Source of the DNA: a virus
Taxonomy: Duplodnaviria > Caudoviricetes
Reading direction: 5' to 3' (one strand)
DNA length: 46,484 nt
Virus record (IMG/VR): IMGVR_UViG_3300012667_000478
Coordinates: 1 to 46,484 of that record
Position numbers and translations under genes: made by a program. Of this stretch, positions 18,492-27,147 are shown piece after piece. The notes beneath the pieces were generated by a model, which was given only the letters and a program-made list of their open reading frames with translations, searched no databases and had not been told where the DNA came from. How positions within the stretch are numbered: the stretch's first letter is position 1; the number at the start of each line of letters is the position of its first letter.

Positions 18492-18756
18492 AAACTTTTA
18501 AACCCCACATTAAATCTATTTGTGAAACAACATCATTAATTTTATAAGGGCTATAATTAACTTTTGATTTTAAAAACTTTTTTAACCAATCTAAAAATTC
18601 TTGTTTACTTTCAGGAGTATCCCAATAGTATTCATACCAATCTACATTGTTAATTCTAGGTTTCTTTTTAACTGATTCATAATTTGCATTAAATTCTCTT
18701 AACATGTAATCTACAACTATAGATACAAACTTTTCACTATTTACTTTTATTTTCAT
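18484..18756 (-). CDS. Hypothetical protein
   Basis: 90-aa ORF in an overlapping operon. Confidence 0.65.
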   Translation of the reverse strand: MKIKVNSEKFVSIVVDYMLREFNANYESVKKKPRINNVDWYEYYWDTPESKQEFLDWLKKFLKSKVNYSPYKINDVVSQIDLMWGLKVYE

Positions 18757-19072
18757 TTAATTCTTCTTTAAGTCTTGTTAAAAATGTTTCTGGTCCATCA
18801 TCACCACTCAATAACCAATCTATTCGTTGAGCATAAATATAAGCTTCTTTAAGTTTTTCAACTCCAAGTTTAAACTTTTTAATTATTTCATCAGAATATT
18901 TGTAATAGAATTTTTCTTCAGGATATTTTTCATAATATTCAGGATCATATCCACCCCATTCTCTTAATTCTTCTTTGGTTTTTTCTCTACCATTTCTATC
19001 AATTTGTTCTTCAATTGATTCAATTATATCATTAATTCTATGTTGCTGGTATTTAAAATGTCCTCCACTCAT
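18737..19072 (-). CDS. Conserved phage hypothetical protein (MSGGHF...IDWLLSGDDG)
   Basis: Recognisable terminal motifs of a widespread uncharacterised phage family. Confidence 0.7.
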   Translation of the reverse strand: MSGGHFKYQQHRINDIIESIEEQIDRNGREKTKEELREWGGYDPEYYEKYPEEKFYYKYSDEIIKKFKLGVEKLKEAYIYAQRIDWLLSGDDGPETFLTRLKEELNENKSK

Positions 19073-19109
19073 ATTTTTTTAATTAAAATTAATATAATTG
19101 TTTTTAATA

Positions 19110-19140
19110 AAATAATCCCCGACTTTAGCTTGGGATTTTA
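19110..19140 (-). terminator. Terminator-like hairpin
   Basis: Minus strand AATCCC-aagctaaagtcg-GGGATT followed by ATTTTATT. Confidence 0.55.
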
Positions 19141-19498
19141 TATAAGCACTAGACAATCTGAAATTCATCAGTTGTTTGAAAACTAATCTTATATAGCTAC
19201 TCAGACTCAGCGGATCCTACTGTCTGAGGCACTCAACTTTAAACATATTCAGAGGTTGTTGGTACAATGTTTTTAAATAACTACAATATATTAGGTGTAA
19301 AATTTAAATAACTAACTTTTAAAGGTTAAAATTAAACTAATATAAAGTAGTTATTTAATGTTTTAACAGAGGGTTGTTCAGCTCAACCCATAACTTGGTT
19401 TTCTTATGAAACTCTGATATTTCTAACGGTTTCTGCATGGATTCAAGTTAACCTAATTAAATAGTAAACCCGAGTCTGTTTTTATTTTATCTGTTAAA
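19114..19498 (-). ncRNA. Putative large structured non-coding element (ncRNA or origin)
   Basis: A 430-nt ORF-free gap with many nested stems: TTTAACAGA/TCTGTTAAA, TAACTTG/CAAGTTA, GGGTTG/CAACCC, TAAATAACTAC/GTAGTTATTTA, CTCAGAC/GTCTGAG. Confidence 0.5.
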
Positions 19499-19504
19499 TG
19501 CTAA

Positions 19505-20590
19505 TTAATACTTATAAACTTTATTACCAAATACAAAACTATTATTATAGCAAACTATTTGTTGAATGTGGTAGAATCCTTGTTCATCTACATGAACAGC
19601 ATTAAATCCATTAAGCCAACTATTTTTCATAGCTCTTGAGGCATATCCAAATACTGGAGCATTAAAATCTGCCATAGAACCACCATTATAACCACCTACA
19701 GCACCTTCAATATATTGTTGTACTCTATGAGTATGATAATATAAGATAGATTTTCTATAAGTATCTATGTGTTTTTTAGCTGAATGTATATTATAAAATT
19801 CTCCATGTGATACTTGCAAATGATGACCTAATACAATATAATCTTCTTTCCAATTTTCATAAATGTGAAATCCTTTTTCAACAAGTTTTAATCCTGAAAT
19901 AGGACCTTCTAAAGAACTACCTAATTTAGAATTATCTATATCTCCCATATACCTATGATACCTATCTTCATGATTACCCCAAATATAAATTTTTTCTACA
20001 TTTGAAGATAATGGATCTAATAAATTATTTAAAAGTATTTCAGATTCAGTATATTCCCAATCTAATGTAACTCCAGGTAAAGGTTTTTTACCTTTGTCAT
20101 GAGATGATAAACTATTCATATCTAAAAAATCACCAGCTAAAACTAAACCTACTATTTGAGATTTATTATCGTTTAATAATTGTTGTACAGCTTTAAATGC
20201 TGGTTCCAAATGAAATGGTGCGTGAGCACAACCTATTGAAATGTAAATACCAGGAGTCAAATAATGTTGACCTCTAATTGGTTTAGAAACTTGTAAATCA
20301 TTAGTAATTTTAACTGTACCATCTCTTACAACTTTAGGTGCTCTAGTTTTTAAATTCATAGATTTTTTAAGTACCTCAACTTGTTGACTTAATGATACTT
20401 TCTTAACTAAATTCTTAGCAGACTCTCTACGTTTAACTTCAATCCTAGCTTGTTCTAATGCAATAATTATATGTTTAACATCTACTGTTTTAGGATAATA
20501 TTTACTTACTACTTTAGGACTAGTTTTTAGATAACCTGGATTGTTGAATAACCAATTATAAATTGGTTTTTGTATTTTGTTTAATACCAT
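19505..20590 (-). CDS. Calcineurin-like metallophosphoesterase with N-terminal extension
   Basis: GCAH (for DxH), GDFLD, GNHE, SHG and HTHR motifs in canonical order. Confidence 0.85.
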   Translation of the reverse strand: MVLNKIQKPIYNWLFNNPGYLKTSPKVVSKYYPKTVDVKHIIIALEQARIEVKRRESAKNLVKKVSLSQQVEVLKKSMNLKTRAPKVVRDGTVKITNDLQVSKPIRGQHYLTPGIYISIGCAHAPFHLEPAFKAVQQLLNDNKSQIVGLVLAGDFLDMNSLSSHDKGKKPLPGVTLDWEYTESEILLNNLLDPLSSNVEKIYIWGNHEDRYHRYMGDIDNSKLGSSLEGPISGLKLVEKGFHIYENWKEDYIVLGHHLQVSHGEFYNIHSAKKHIDTYRKSILYYHTHRVQQYIEGAVGGYNGGSMADFNAPVFGYASRAMKNSWLNGFNAVHVDEQGFYHIQQIVCYNNSFVFGNKVYKY

Positions 20591-20591
20591 T

Positions 20592-20960
20592 TTATTTTTT
20601 ATATATTAAGTTTCTATTATCTACACCTTTATTTAAGTGTATATTTTCTCTTAACATCATAAGACTAGCTATTGCATGATCTAAATGATGGTGTGTAGAT
20701 TCATCTATATCTTCACAAGTCATCCAAGAATTCATGTGTCTTTGAGCAGCATCATAGTATCTTAACCACTCTGTGCCATGAGAGTAGTTAAATTTACTAT
20801 ATTTCTTAGCACCATAATTAAATACTTTTGCTAATGACATTAAACTAAGTTGAGGTACATCACTTATACAAGGCTTACCTTCATCAAATTTTAAAGTTTC
20901 TTTAATATGTGCTATCTTTTCTTCTAAAGGAAGTAATTCATGTTTATTATCTAGTGTCAT
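20592..20960 (-). CDS. dATP/dGTP diphosphohydrolase domain protein (DUF5664-like)
   Basis: KFDEGKP...VFNYGAKKYSKFNY...AAQRH...HLDHAIAS. Confidence 0.85.
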   Translation of the reverse strand: MTLDNKHELLPLEEKIAHIKETLKFDEGKPCISDVPQLSLMSLAKVFNYGAKKYSKFNYSHGTEWLRYYDAAQRHMNSWMTCEDIDESTHHHLDHAIASLMMLRENIHLNKGVDNRNLIYKK

Positions 20961-21774
20961 ATTTTCTAATTTTTTGTTTAATTCTAAATAATTCTACACT
21001 TATCTGACGTTTAGGAATTTTAAATATTTGAGATATTTCTGTCATACTAACACCTTGCAAATATAAAGAATATAATTTAATATTTTTAGTATTCTTACTT
21101 TTAAAAATATTATCAAAATTATTAATTTTAGATTTAAGAAAATCTATATCGTCTTCTTTTAAATTTTTAGTAGTCCTTGTTTTATCAACTAATGACTTAA
21201 CAGGTTTAGGTTTCTTAACAACATCTTTCTTTGCTATTTTTGATAATTTAACTCTAATAAGATTATCAAGAAAACCTCTAGGTTTATTACATATTTCATC
21301 AATTTCTTTAATAGCATATCCTTGTAAATACAACTCTATAGCTTTAACTTCTATAGGTTTTAGTGTTTTAATATAATATTGATAGTCAATACTCTTCTTA
21401 AAATCTAAATGTATTTTAGCTGGTTCATAGTTAGCTTGCTCAAACATAAAGAAATCTTTAGGTGAGTCATCAATTCTATTTAAGCTTCTGTATATTCTTG
21501 AATTTGCACTAGTAATTCTTCTATGAAAAGTCCAGTACGTACAATTTTTCATTATTTGAATAAACTTACCCTCATATAATGGTTCTTTGGGTTTATTAAA
21601 ATAATTATCATGTACATACAAAAAAACCTCTTGATATAGTTCTTTAGCATCAGCTAAATCTCTATACCAAAAAGTTTCTCTTTTCTTTTGAGTCAAATTA
21701 ACACAATATTCAAATATAATAGGTTGTATTTTTATAAAGTCATCTATTGTATAATTATTTAATGTTGTTGTCAT
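20947..21774 (-). CDS. ECF/sigma70-like transcription factor with two region-4-like HTHs
   Basis: DAKELYQEVFL is region-2-like. LYLQGYAIKEIDEI and LYLQGVSMTEISQIFKIPKRQISVELFRIKQKI are region-4-like. Confidence 0.65.
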   Translation of the reverse strand: MTTTLNNYTIDDFIKIQPIIFEYCVNLTQKKRETFWYRDLADAKELYQEVFLYVHDNYFNKPKEPLYEGKFIQIMKNCTYWTFHRRITSANSRIYRSLNRIDDSPKDFFMFEQANYEPAKIHLDFKKSIDYQYYIKTLKPIEVKAIELYLQGYAIKEIDEICNKPRGFLDNLIRVKLSKIAKKDVVKKPKPVKSLVDKTRTTKNLKEDDIDFLKSKINNFDNIFKSKNTKNIKLYSLYLQGVSMTEISQIFKIPKRQISVELFRIKQKIRKYDTR

Positions 21775-21967
21775 CTATATGTTCATCTAATTTTTTAGTT
21801 AATTCTAAATCATCTAAATTACTATTTAATCCTAAAGTATTTATAACTTCACAAAAAGTAAGTTCTGGATTACTAGTCCAAAATCTATCTAATTTATTTA
21901 ATATAGGAAATATTCTATCTTTAGATTTTTCTTTAATTAATTGCTCTATTCTTTCGTTAATTTCCAT
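21755..21967 (-). CDS. Hypothetical protein
   Basis: 70-aa ORF overlapping both neighbours. Confidence 0.6.
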   Translation of the reverse strand: MEINERIEQLIKEKSKDRIFPILNKLDRFWTSNPELTFCEVINTLGLNSNLDDLELTKKLDEHIDDNNIK

Positions 21968-22550
21968 AATCTTCTTTTAATTGATCTATTGTTTTATATA
22001 CTTCATATTGTAATTTAGGTCTACTACATACTTCTTCAATAAGCATTACTTCTACATTTAAAAAATCAGCATATTGCTGTCTTTTAACATCAGTAGGATA
22101 TAATACATCATGTACAGTAGACAAGTGATTGGCTGAGTTATTCTGAATACCATATACTCTGAGCATTATCTCTTTATATGGTACACTAGTTTGTGAATAC
22201 TTGCCTTGTAAGATTAGTTCATAATCTTTATTAAAATGTTTAGGTAACTGATAAATTAAAATATATTCTTGTTCTTCTTCAATATAATCAACAAAATGTT
22301 CATTAAGATTTTGAAGTAAAACATAATCTCTAGATTCTTCAGGTGAATCTAATTTATTAAGAATAATGTAAATTAATTTATCTTCTTTACTTTTAATATG
22401 AGCATTAATTAACATCCTAGGATGTAAAAAATTAATACTTAACTCTGAGATGCCTATTAATGGCATTAAAAATGTTGTGGTTTTAGTATTATTGACTACA
22501 CCATTAGTGGTATATCCATTATTCTCCAACCATTCCAAGCGTTCTTGCAT
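21957..22550 (-). CDS. Conserved crAss-like hypothetical protein
   Basis: TTTFLMPL...DYELILQGKYSQTS; lies downstream of the exonuclease. Confidence 0.65.
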   Translation of the reverse strand: MQERLEWLENNGYTTNGVVNNTKTTTFLMPLIGISELSINFLHPRMLINAHIKSKEDKLIYIILNKLDSPEESRDYVLLQNLNEHFVDYIEEEQEYILIYQLPKHFNKDYELILQGKYSQTSVPYKEIMLRVYGIQNNSANHLSTVHDVLYPTDVKRQQYADFLNVEVMLIEEVCSRPKLQYEVYKTIDQLKEDYGN

Positions 22551-23316
22551 AAACTTCTGTGCTTTTAATTGGTTCTGGAATTATCATATTTTCATATTTT
22601 TCCAGTATATACAAACAGATATAATTTTTATAGTATTCTTTAATTCCAATTTCTTCACCAAAATGTTCAATATATTCATGTAACACATTAATTGCATAAT
22701 TATTATTTACACTATTAAACAACTTATTTACATACACTTGACCTTTTTTTGGAATTCCTTTAGTATTATTATGAGTTCCTTTAATCATATCTTGCCAAAA
22801 CTTTAAATTAGCTTCTTCTTTAGTACAAGTAATCCAATTTCCAGTTTTCCAATTGTAATGAGTACCTTCTAATCCTAATAAATCAGAATCTATTGCACAA
22901 ATAAAAGCATTTGGAATATTTAATCTAGCAATATTTACAGCATCATCCGTTTCAATATTATTTATTTCTATCGCACCATGTTTTTTAATAAAATAATCTT
23001 TTGTAAATCCCCACATTTTAGGAGATTCTTTAGTTCTATCTTGCTTATATAAAGGATCTACTGCTAATTTACTAGCTATAGTATTTTTACCTTTAATAAA
23101 AGCAATATAATGTGTAGCTTTAGAATTTTCTAAAACCATTTTCATTAAATTATCACAAGATAATTCAATTTCTTCTTCTGATTTATCAATATACAAAAAT
23201 TTTGTATTGTCATCAGTTCTCATTGGTATACCAAATTCATCTAATTGTTTATTAGGATGAAATGCAGTATAACACAAGGAATCTAAATCTATTATTGCTA
23301 TTTTTTGGTTTTCCAT
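22519..23316 (-). CDS. 5'-3' exonuclease / flap endonuclease (T7 gp6-like)
   Basis: IIDLDS, YKQDR, ETDDA, IDSDL, HYNW and KGIPKKG motifs. Confidence 0.85.
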   Translation of the reverse strand: MENQKIAIIDLDSLCYTAFHPNKQLDEFGIPMRTDDNTKFLYIDKSEEEIELSCDNLMKMVLENSKATHYIAFIKGKNTIASKLAVDPLYKQDRTKESPKMWGFTKDYFIKKHGAIEINNIETDDAVNIARLNIPNAFICAIDSDLLGLEGTHYNWKTGNWITCTKEEANLKFWQDMIKGTHNNTKGIPKKGQVYVNKLFNSVNNNYAINVLHEYIEHFGEEIGIKEYYKNYICLYILEKYENMIIPEPIKSTEVYARTLGMVGE

Positions 23317-23933
23317 ATAAATCCATTAAAATTTTTATTTACACTACATTTGTATCTAATGTTTTGTTTACTTAAATTGTTTAATTGTGCAGCTTCAATT
23401 AATGATTTGTATTCAGTAATTTTATTTGTACTAATACAAATTTTTAAAATTGGAGTGTATAAACTTTCTCTATTTTTTAAAAAAGCATTTTTATTATCTT
23501 GATGCCATTTTTTAACAATTAAAGTTAATTTATCTTTTGTTTCTTTAGTCACAATTTTTCCAATATTTCTAGATATTCCTTTTTGAGAAATACTCATTTT
23601 AAGTTTAGATTCTTCAGAAAATCTAAATCCTGATCTATTTCCTGCAACAGGTGTTGCATTGTAACCATATTTACGATTACAAACATTTAACATGTTCATC
23701 CAGTATTGTTCAGTAGATAAACAAAATTCAGGTAAACACTCTTCTAATATCTCAAATATAAAATTAGATTCTCCATATTTATTAAAAGAATACTGTAAAT
23801 ATTTAGAATGATGTCTATTTAATCTTAAATTACTTAAATGAATTCTCCAACGTATTCTAAAATCTTTAGTAGCACTACCAACGTAAATTTTATTATTAAT
23901 TAAATTAGTTATTGTGTAAACTCCTGTTTTCAT
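23298..23933 (-). mobile_element. Free-standing GIY-YIG homing endonuclease with NUMOD-like DNA-binding repeats
   Basis: GVYTITNLINNKIYVGSA...RWRIH...FEILE...EQYW...YN; SEESKLKMS (NUMOD3-like); YKSLIEAAQ (NUMOD1-like). Confidence 0.9.
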
Positions 23934-23937
23934 AGGT

Positions 23938-23969
23938 TAAAAATACACAATAACTAGTTAATTTCCAAA
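23938..23969 (-). promoter_or_regulatory. Bacteroidota-type promoter for the GIY-YIG gene
   Basis: Minus strand TTTG, 20 nt, TATTTTTA, ending 4 nt before the ATG. Confidence 0.55.
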
Positions 23970-23995
23970 TTGTCTGCATCAATCAGTCCTATCAT
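23954..23995 (-). pseudogene. Relict 5' fragment of the exonuclease gene (MIGLIDADNLEIN*)
   Basis: Matches exonuclease motif I (compare IAIIDLDSL in the intact gene) and overlaps the end of the upstream gene. Confidence 0.65.
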
Positions 23996-24161
23996 AATGA
24001 GGTTTTATTTCAGTGTATTTATCTTTAATCATTTTAGATAATTTAATAGAATTAGTATAAACTAACATATCTATTTTAATTCTAGGATTTTTAGGTGGTT
24101 TAATACTATCTAAAAACTTTGTAACTGATTCTAAATCAGCATAATCTACTTTACAAGGCAT
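23979..24161 (-). CDS. Hypothetical protein
   Basis: 60-aa ORF coupled to the resolvase gene. Confidence 0.55.
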   Translation of the reverse strand: MPCKVDYADLESVTKFLDSIKPPKNPRIKIDMLVYTNSIKLSKMIKDKYTEIKPHYDRTD

Positions 24162-24726
24162 AATATTTTTCTTTAATTAATTTAATACATTTATTTATAT
24201 TTGTCAAATTATTAGGAGCAAAATAATCTATAACCCAACCATTCATAGTCCACCAATATTTAAACAATCTTAATTTAAGAAGATACTCATTAGTGTAATC
24301 TCCCTTAGTTTCTATTATCCAACCAGTCTTAGTGTCTTTGTCTAAACAGCTAAAATCAGGTTTAATAGTAATTGCTCTCATCTTATTAGTAACTTCTCCA
24401 AATTGAAATACATACTTTGGCTTCTTTTTGTCTTTAAATCTAGCATTAATTCCTGCAGCTTGAGCATCATCATAAGTCATCATTCTTTTATAAAGCTGAT
24501 AACAGCTTCCTGTAGCTTCATATTTAGGTTGTAGTTCAAATACATCATCTTCATAATTAAAGTGTGTTATATTAGCTTTTTGTAAAGCTTGATAACATGC
24601 TTTTTCTAATCCTGATCTTAATTGAACTCCATCATGTACTGTAGGAATTCCATGAGGAACTGCTTTTTTCTTAGGTTTTTTAATAACCTTAAACTTTTTA
24701 GCAAGGTTTTGTTTTCTCACACTCAT
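24151..24726 (-). CDS. Endonuclease I / Holliday junction resolvase-like PD-(D/E)xK nuclease
   Basis: RSGLEK...YE...KPDF...IIETKG, as in T7 gp3-like enzymes. Confidence 0.8.
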   Translation of the reverse strand: MSVRKQNLAKKFKVIKKPKKKAVPHGIPTVHDGVQLRSGLEKACYQALQKANITHFNYEDDVFELQPKYEATGSCYQLYKRMMTYDDAQAAGINARFKDKKKPKYVFQFGEVTNKMRAITIKPDFSCLDKDTKTGWIIETKGDYTNEYLLKLRLFKYWWTMNGWVIDYFAPNNLTNINKCIKLIKEKYYAL

Positions 24727-25144
24727 CTCCCCTTTCTCTTACAATTGCCATTGTCCAAGTATCTAAGTTCTTAATATACTTAAGTCCCATACCTGGATAA
24801 TCTATTTTTCTATCTACTAAAATACCTACAGGTAAAAGTGTAGTATTAGGTCTTAAAGTATTAATAATAACTTGATCACCATCAAAGTGAATGTCACTAT
24901 TTAATATTATAATACCTACTTTAGTAGAGTCATTTAAACACATTTTAACTCTTTCTGGTGGAATATCATATTGACTAGCAATTGCATTAATATAAGCTAA
25001 ACTATCATTTGTAGTGATAATCCATAATTCATATTCAAACCCTTTGTGTGAATAATCATTCTCTTTAAGTGCCTTAATCAATTGTCTAAAATCTTCATGA
25101 TTCCAAATGTCAGTTGGTTCAAAACTTACTTTTATTATTTCCAT
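24698..25144 (-). CDS. Hypothetical protein, possibly degenerate HAD-like fold
   Basis: The WIITT...K...DIHFDGD arrangement resembles HAD motifs II-IV, but motif I DxD is absent. Confidence 0.55.
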   Translation of the reverse strand: MEIIKVSFEPTDIWNHEDFRQLIKALKENDYSHKGFEYELWIITTNDSLAYINAIASQYDIPPERVKMCLNDSTKVGIIILNSDIHFDGDQVIINTLRPNTTLLPVGILVDRKIDYPGMGLKYIKNLDTWTMAIVRERGDECEKTKPC

Positions 25145-25146
25145 AA

Positions 25147-25437
25147 TTATTCTTTTATTTCATATCCATCTTCTAATCTTACTTCAGTTCTTTCTTCTAA
25201 AGTATATTCTTCTCTTGCTACAACGTAACCTAATGCATTAATAAACCATAATCCATTAAGAATAAACATATCTTGTCCATCATTATTATCTAACAATGTC
25301 CATATTTTATTCTTAGGAACATCTTTTAAATGATCAGTATCTTGAAACAAGTGTCCATCACATGCAGCATCTTTTACAAATGTATTCTTTATTGGAGAAT
25401 ACTTTTCAACAAATTGTTGCCAATTTAAATTTATCAT
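25147..25437 (-). CDS. Hypothetical protein
   Basis: 96-aa ORF with an ATGA overlap to the primase stop. Confidence 0.65.
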   Translation of the reverse strand: MINLNWQQFVEKYSPIKNTFVKDAACDGHLFQDTDHLKDVPKNKIWTLLDNNDGQDMFILNGLWFINALGYVVAREEYTLEERTEVRLEDGYEIKE

Positions 25438-26426
25438 TTTAGTTTCTTTTTAATTAAGTTAAAAGCTTTCTTATAGCCATATTTTTTAATGTAATCACTT
25501 ATATCTTTTTCATTAGGAATAAAGAAAAACTCTATATCATATTCTAATAAGAAATCACCAGTAGAAGTATGTCCTTGATCATCATTATCAAGCACTAAGA
25601 TAACTCTTTTAAATCTTTTAACCAATTCATTATAAGATTTTTTACTCATTTTATTAGTTTCAGCTTGTAAACCTACTGCTGAATACCCAAGTTCATAGAA
25701 AGTCATGACATCTTTAAGTGACTTGGTTATAAACAATATATCACCAATTTCAGGTAATTGATCATAACCTTGTAAACAATCTGCACCTACATTACTTAAC
25801 CACTTACCTTCTTTAGTAACAGAATAAGGATTATAGATTTTAAGATACTCAGAGCTATTTTTAAAGAACTTATAAGAATATAAAGGACTATCATTCTTAT
25901 GATTAAATACATAATGCTTATCTCCTTTAACTAAATATACATTTTTACAAGCTTTAACATTAAAGAATTGTAAAGTTGTTAGTGAAATATGATATTGATT
26001 CCAGTAGTAATAATCTACCATGTTAAATGGTCTTACAACTACTTGAATATTAGATTTAACTTTAACTAACTTAGGAGCATCATTACTTAACAATAATTGA
26101 GGGGTAACTTTAAAGTTACTATTTTTTAATCCAAAATCATTAGCAATGATATTACAAGTTTCATGATAATTAGATCCATACTTTCTACTTACATAATCAA
26201 ATGCTAAAAAATAATCTCCATTACCAAAATCTTTATAATAAGGTATTCCTGATGCACTGATTACTATTCTACAACTTGCATTTCTATCATTATAAAATTC
26301 TGATTTAAAACTAGATTCTAATGAATTATAATTACTACAATATCTTTCTAATATCTGTAACTCTGTAACATACTTAAGTATTTCATCTTTTGTTATTTGT
26401 AAACTTGCACTATCAAAATTAAACAT
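25434..26426 (-). CDS. DNA primase (crAss-like, TOPRIM)
   Basis: YKDFG, ITKSLKDVM, LDNDDQG and KDISD motifs. Confidence 0.85.
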   Translation of the reverse strand: MFNFDSASLQITKDEILKYVTELQILERYCSNYNSLESSFKSEFYNDRNASCRIVISASGIPYYKDFGNGDYFLAFDYVSRKYGSNYHETCNIIANDFGLKNSNFKVTPQLLLSNDAPKLVKVKSNIQVVVRPFNMVDYYYWNQYHISLTTLQFFNVKACKNVYLVKGDKHYVFNHKNDSPLYSYKFFKNSSEYLKIYNPYSVTKEGKWLSNVGADCLQGYDQLPEIGDILFITKSLKDVMTFYELGYSAVGLQAETNKMSKKSYNELVKRFKRVILVLDNDDQGHTSTGDFLLEYDIEFFFIPNEKDISDYIKKYGYKKAFNLIKKKLK

Positions 26427-26437
26427 AGATTTATTTT

Positions 26438-26470
26438 AAAAAACTCCCTAACCTTACAGGGTTAAGGAGT
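26438..26470 (-). terminator. Intrinsic terminator after the SSB-like gene
   Basis: Minus strand ACTCC-TTAACC-ctgtaa-GGTTAG-GGAGT-TTTTT; a second hairpin TTGTCACA/TGTGACAA lies at 26480-26510. Confidence 0.7.
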
Positions 26471-26511
26471 ATTGTTTTATTGTCACAAATATATACTAAA
26501 TATGTGACAAA

Positions 26512-27105
26512 TTAAAATGTAACTGAATCTGCTGCTGGACTTGAGAATCCTGCTTGAGGTGCATTATCAGTTGCTGGTTCAATAGCTAATTTCTTAATGT
26601 TTTTATCAGCATTAAAGAATAATTTACTATCTGCTTCAGCAATTGCTTTAGACTCACAGAATACTCCATTACCAAAAGAAGAAGCTACATACTTAGTTCC
26701 CTTTTGAGAGATCTTTTCTTCACCATTAACTTTTAATCTGAACTCTTTACCAATAACTAACATAGCTAATTTTTGAGCTAATTCTTCAGCAGATTTAGCA
26801 TTAGGCATTTTAGTTTTAGCTGTAGCTTCATCTAAGTTATTAGATGCTGCAACTAATGCTAATATTGCATTCTTAGAAATATCCCAAGCTGATTTTTGTT
26901 TACCAGGATTAACTACTGTACTTAAATAATACTGTTGCTTTAATTCAGCACCATGATTATCTTCTACTGTAAACTCTAAATAAGGAGTTTGTTTTTGTGT
27001 ACTAAGACCATTAGTAATACTTGTTACTTTAGCAATACAAATGCCTGGTTTAATAGTTTCTTTGTAATTACCTTTAGATACTTCTGCGTTTTCAAAATTG
27101 AACAT
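26512..27105 (-). CDS. Putative single-stranded DNA-binding protein (DUF669-like OB fold)
   Basis: IKPG...KVTSI...PYLEFT...IGKEFRLKVNGEE; flexible tail ending in F; sits between the Sak4-like ATPase and the primase. Confidence 0.6.
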   Translation of the reverse strand: MFNFENAEVSKGNYKETIKPGICIAKVTSITNGLSTQKQTPYLEFTVEDNHGAELKQQYYLSTVVNPGKQKSAWDISKNAILALVAASNNLDEATAKTKMPNAKSAEELAQKLAMLVIGKEFRLKVNGEEKISQKGTKYVASSFGNGVFCESKAIAEADSKLFFNADKNIKKLAIEPATDNAPQAGFSSPAADSVTF

Positions 27106-27147
27106 AATTTTATATTTTAATTGTTTAATAATTTAATTTAAGAGAAG

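Noticed and set aside
19114-19498. tmRNA or RNase P identity for the large non-coding element
   Set aside because: No T-arm/acceptor ends and no recognisable RNase P P4 consensus.
23298-23995. Group I intron around the GIY-YIG gene
   Set aside because: There is no room for a ribozyme core: the HEG overlaps the exonuclease start and has only ~45 nt upstream, with no P7-like elements.
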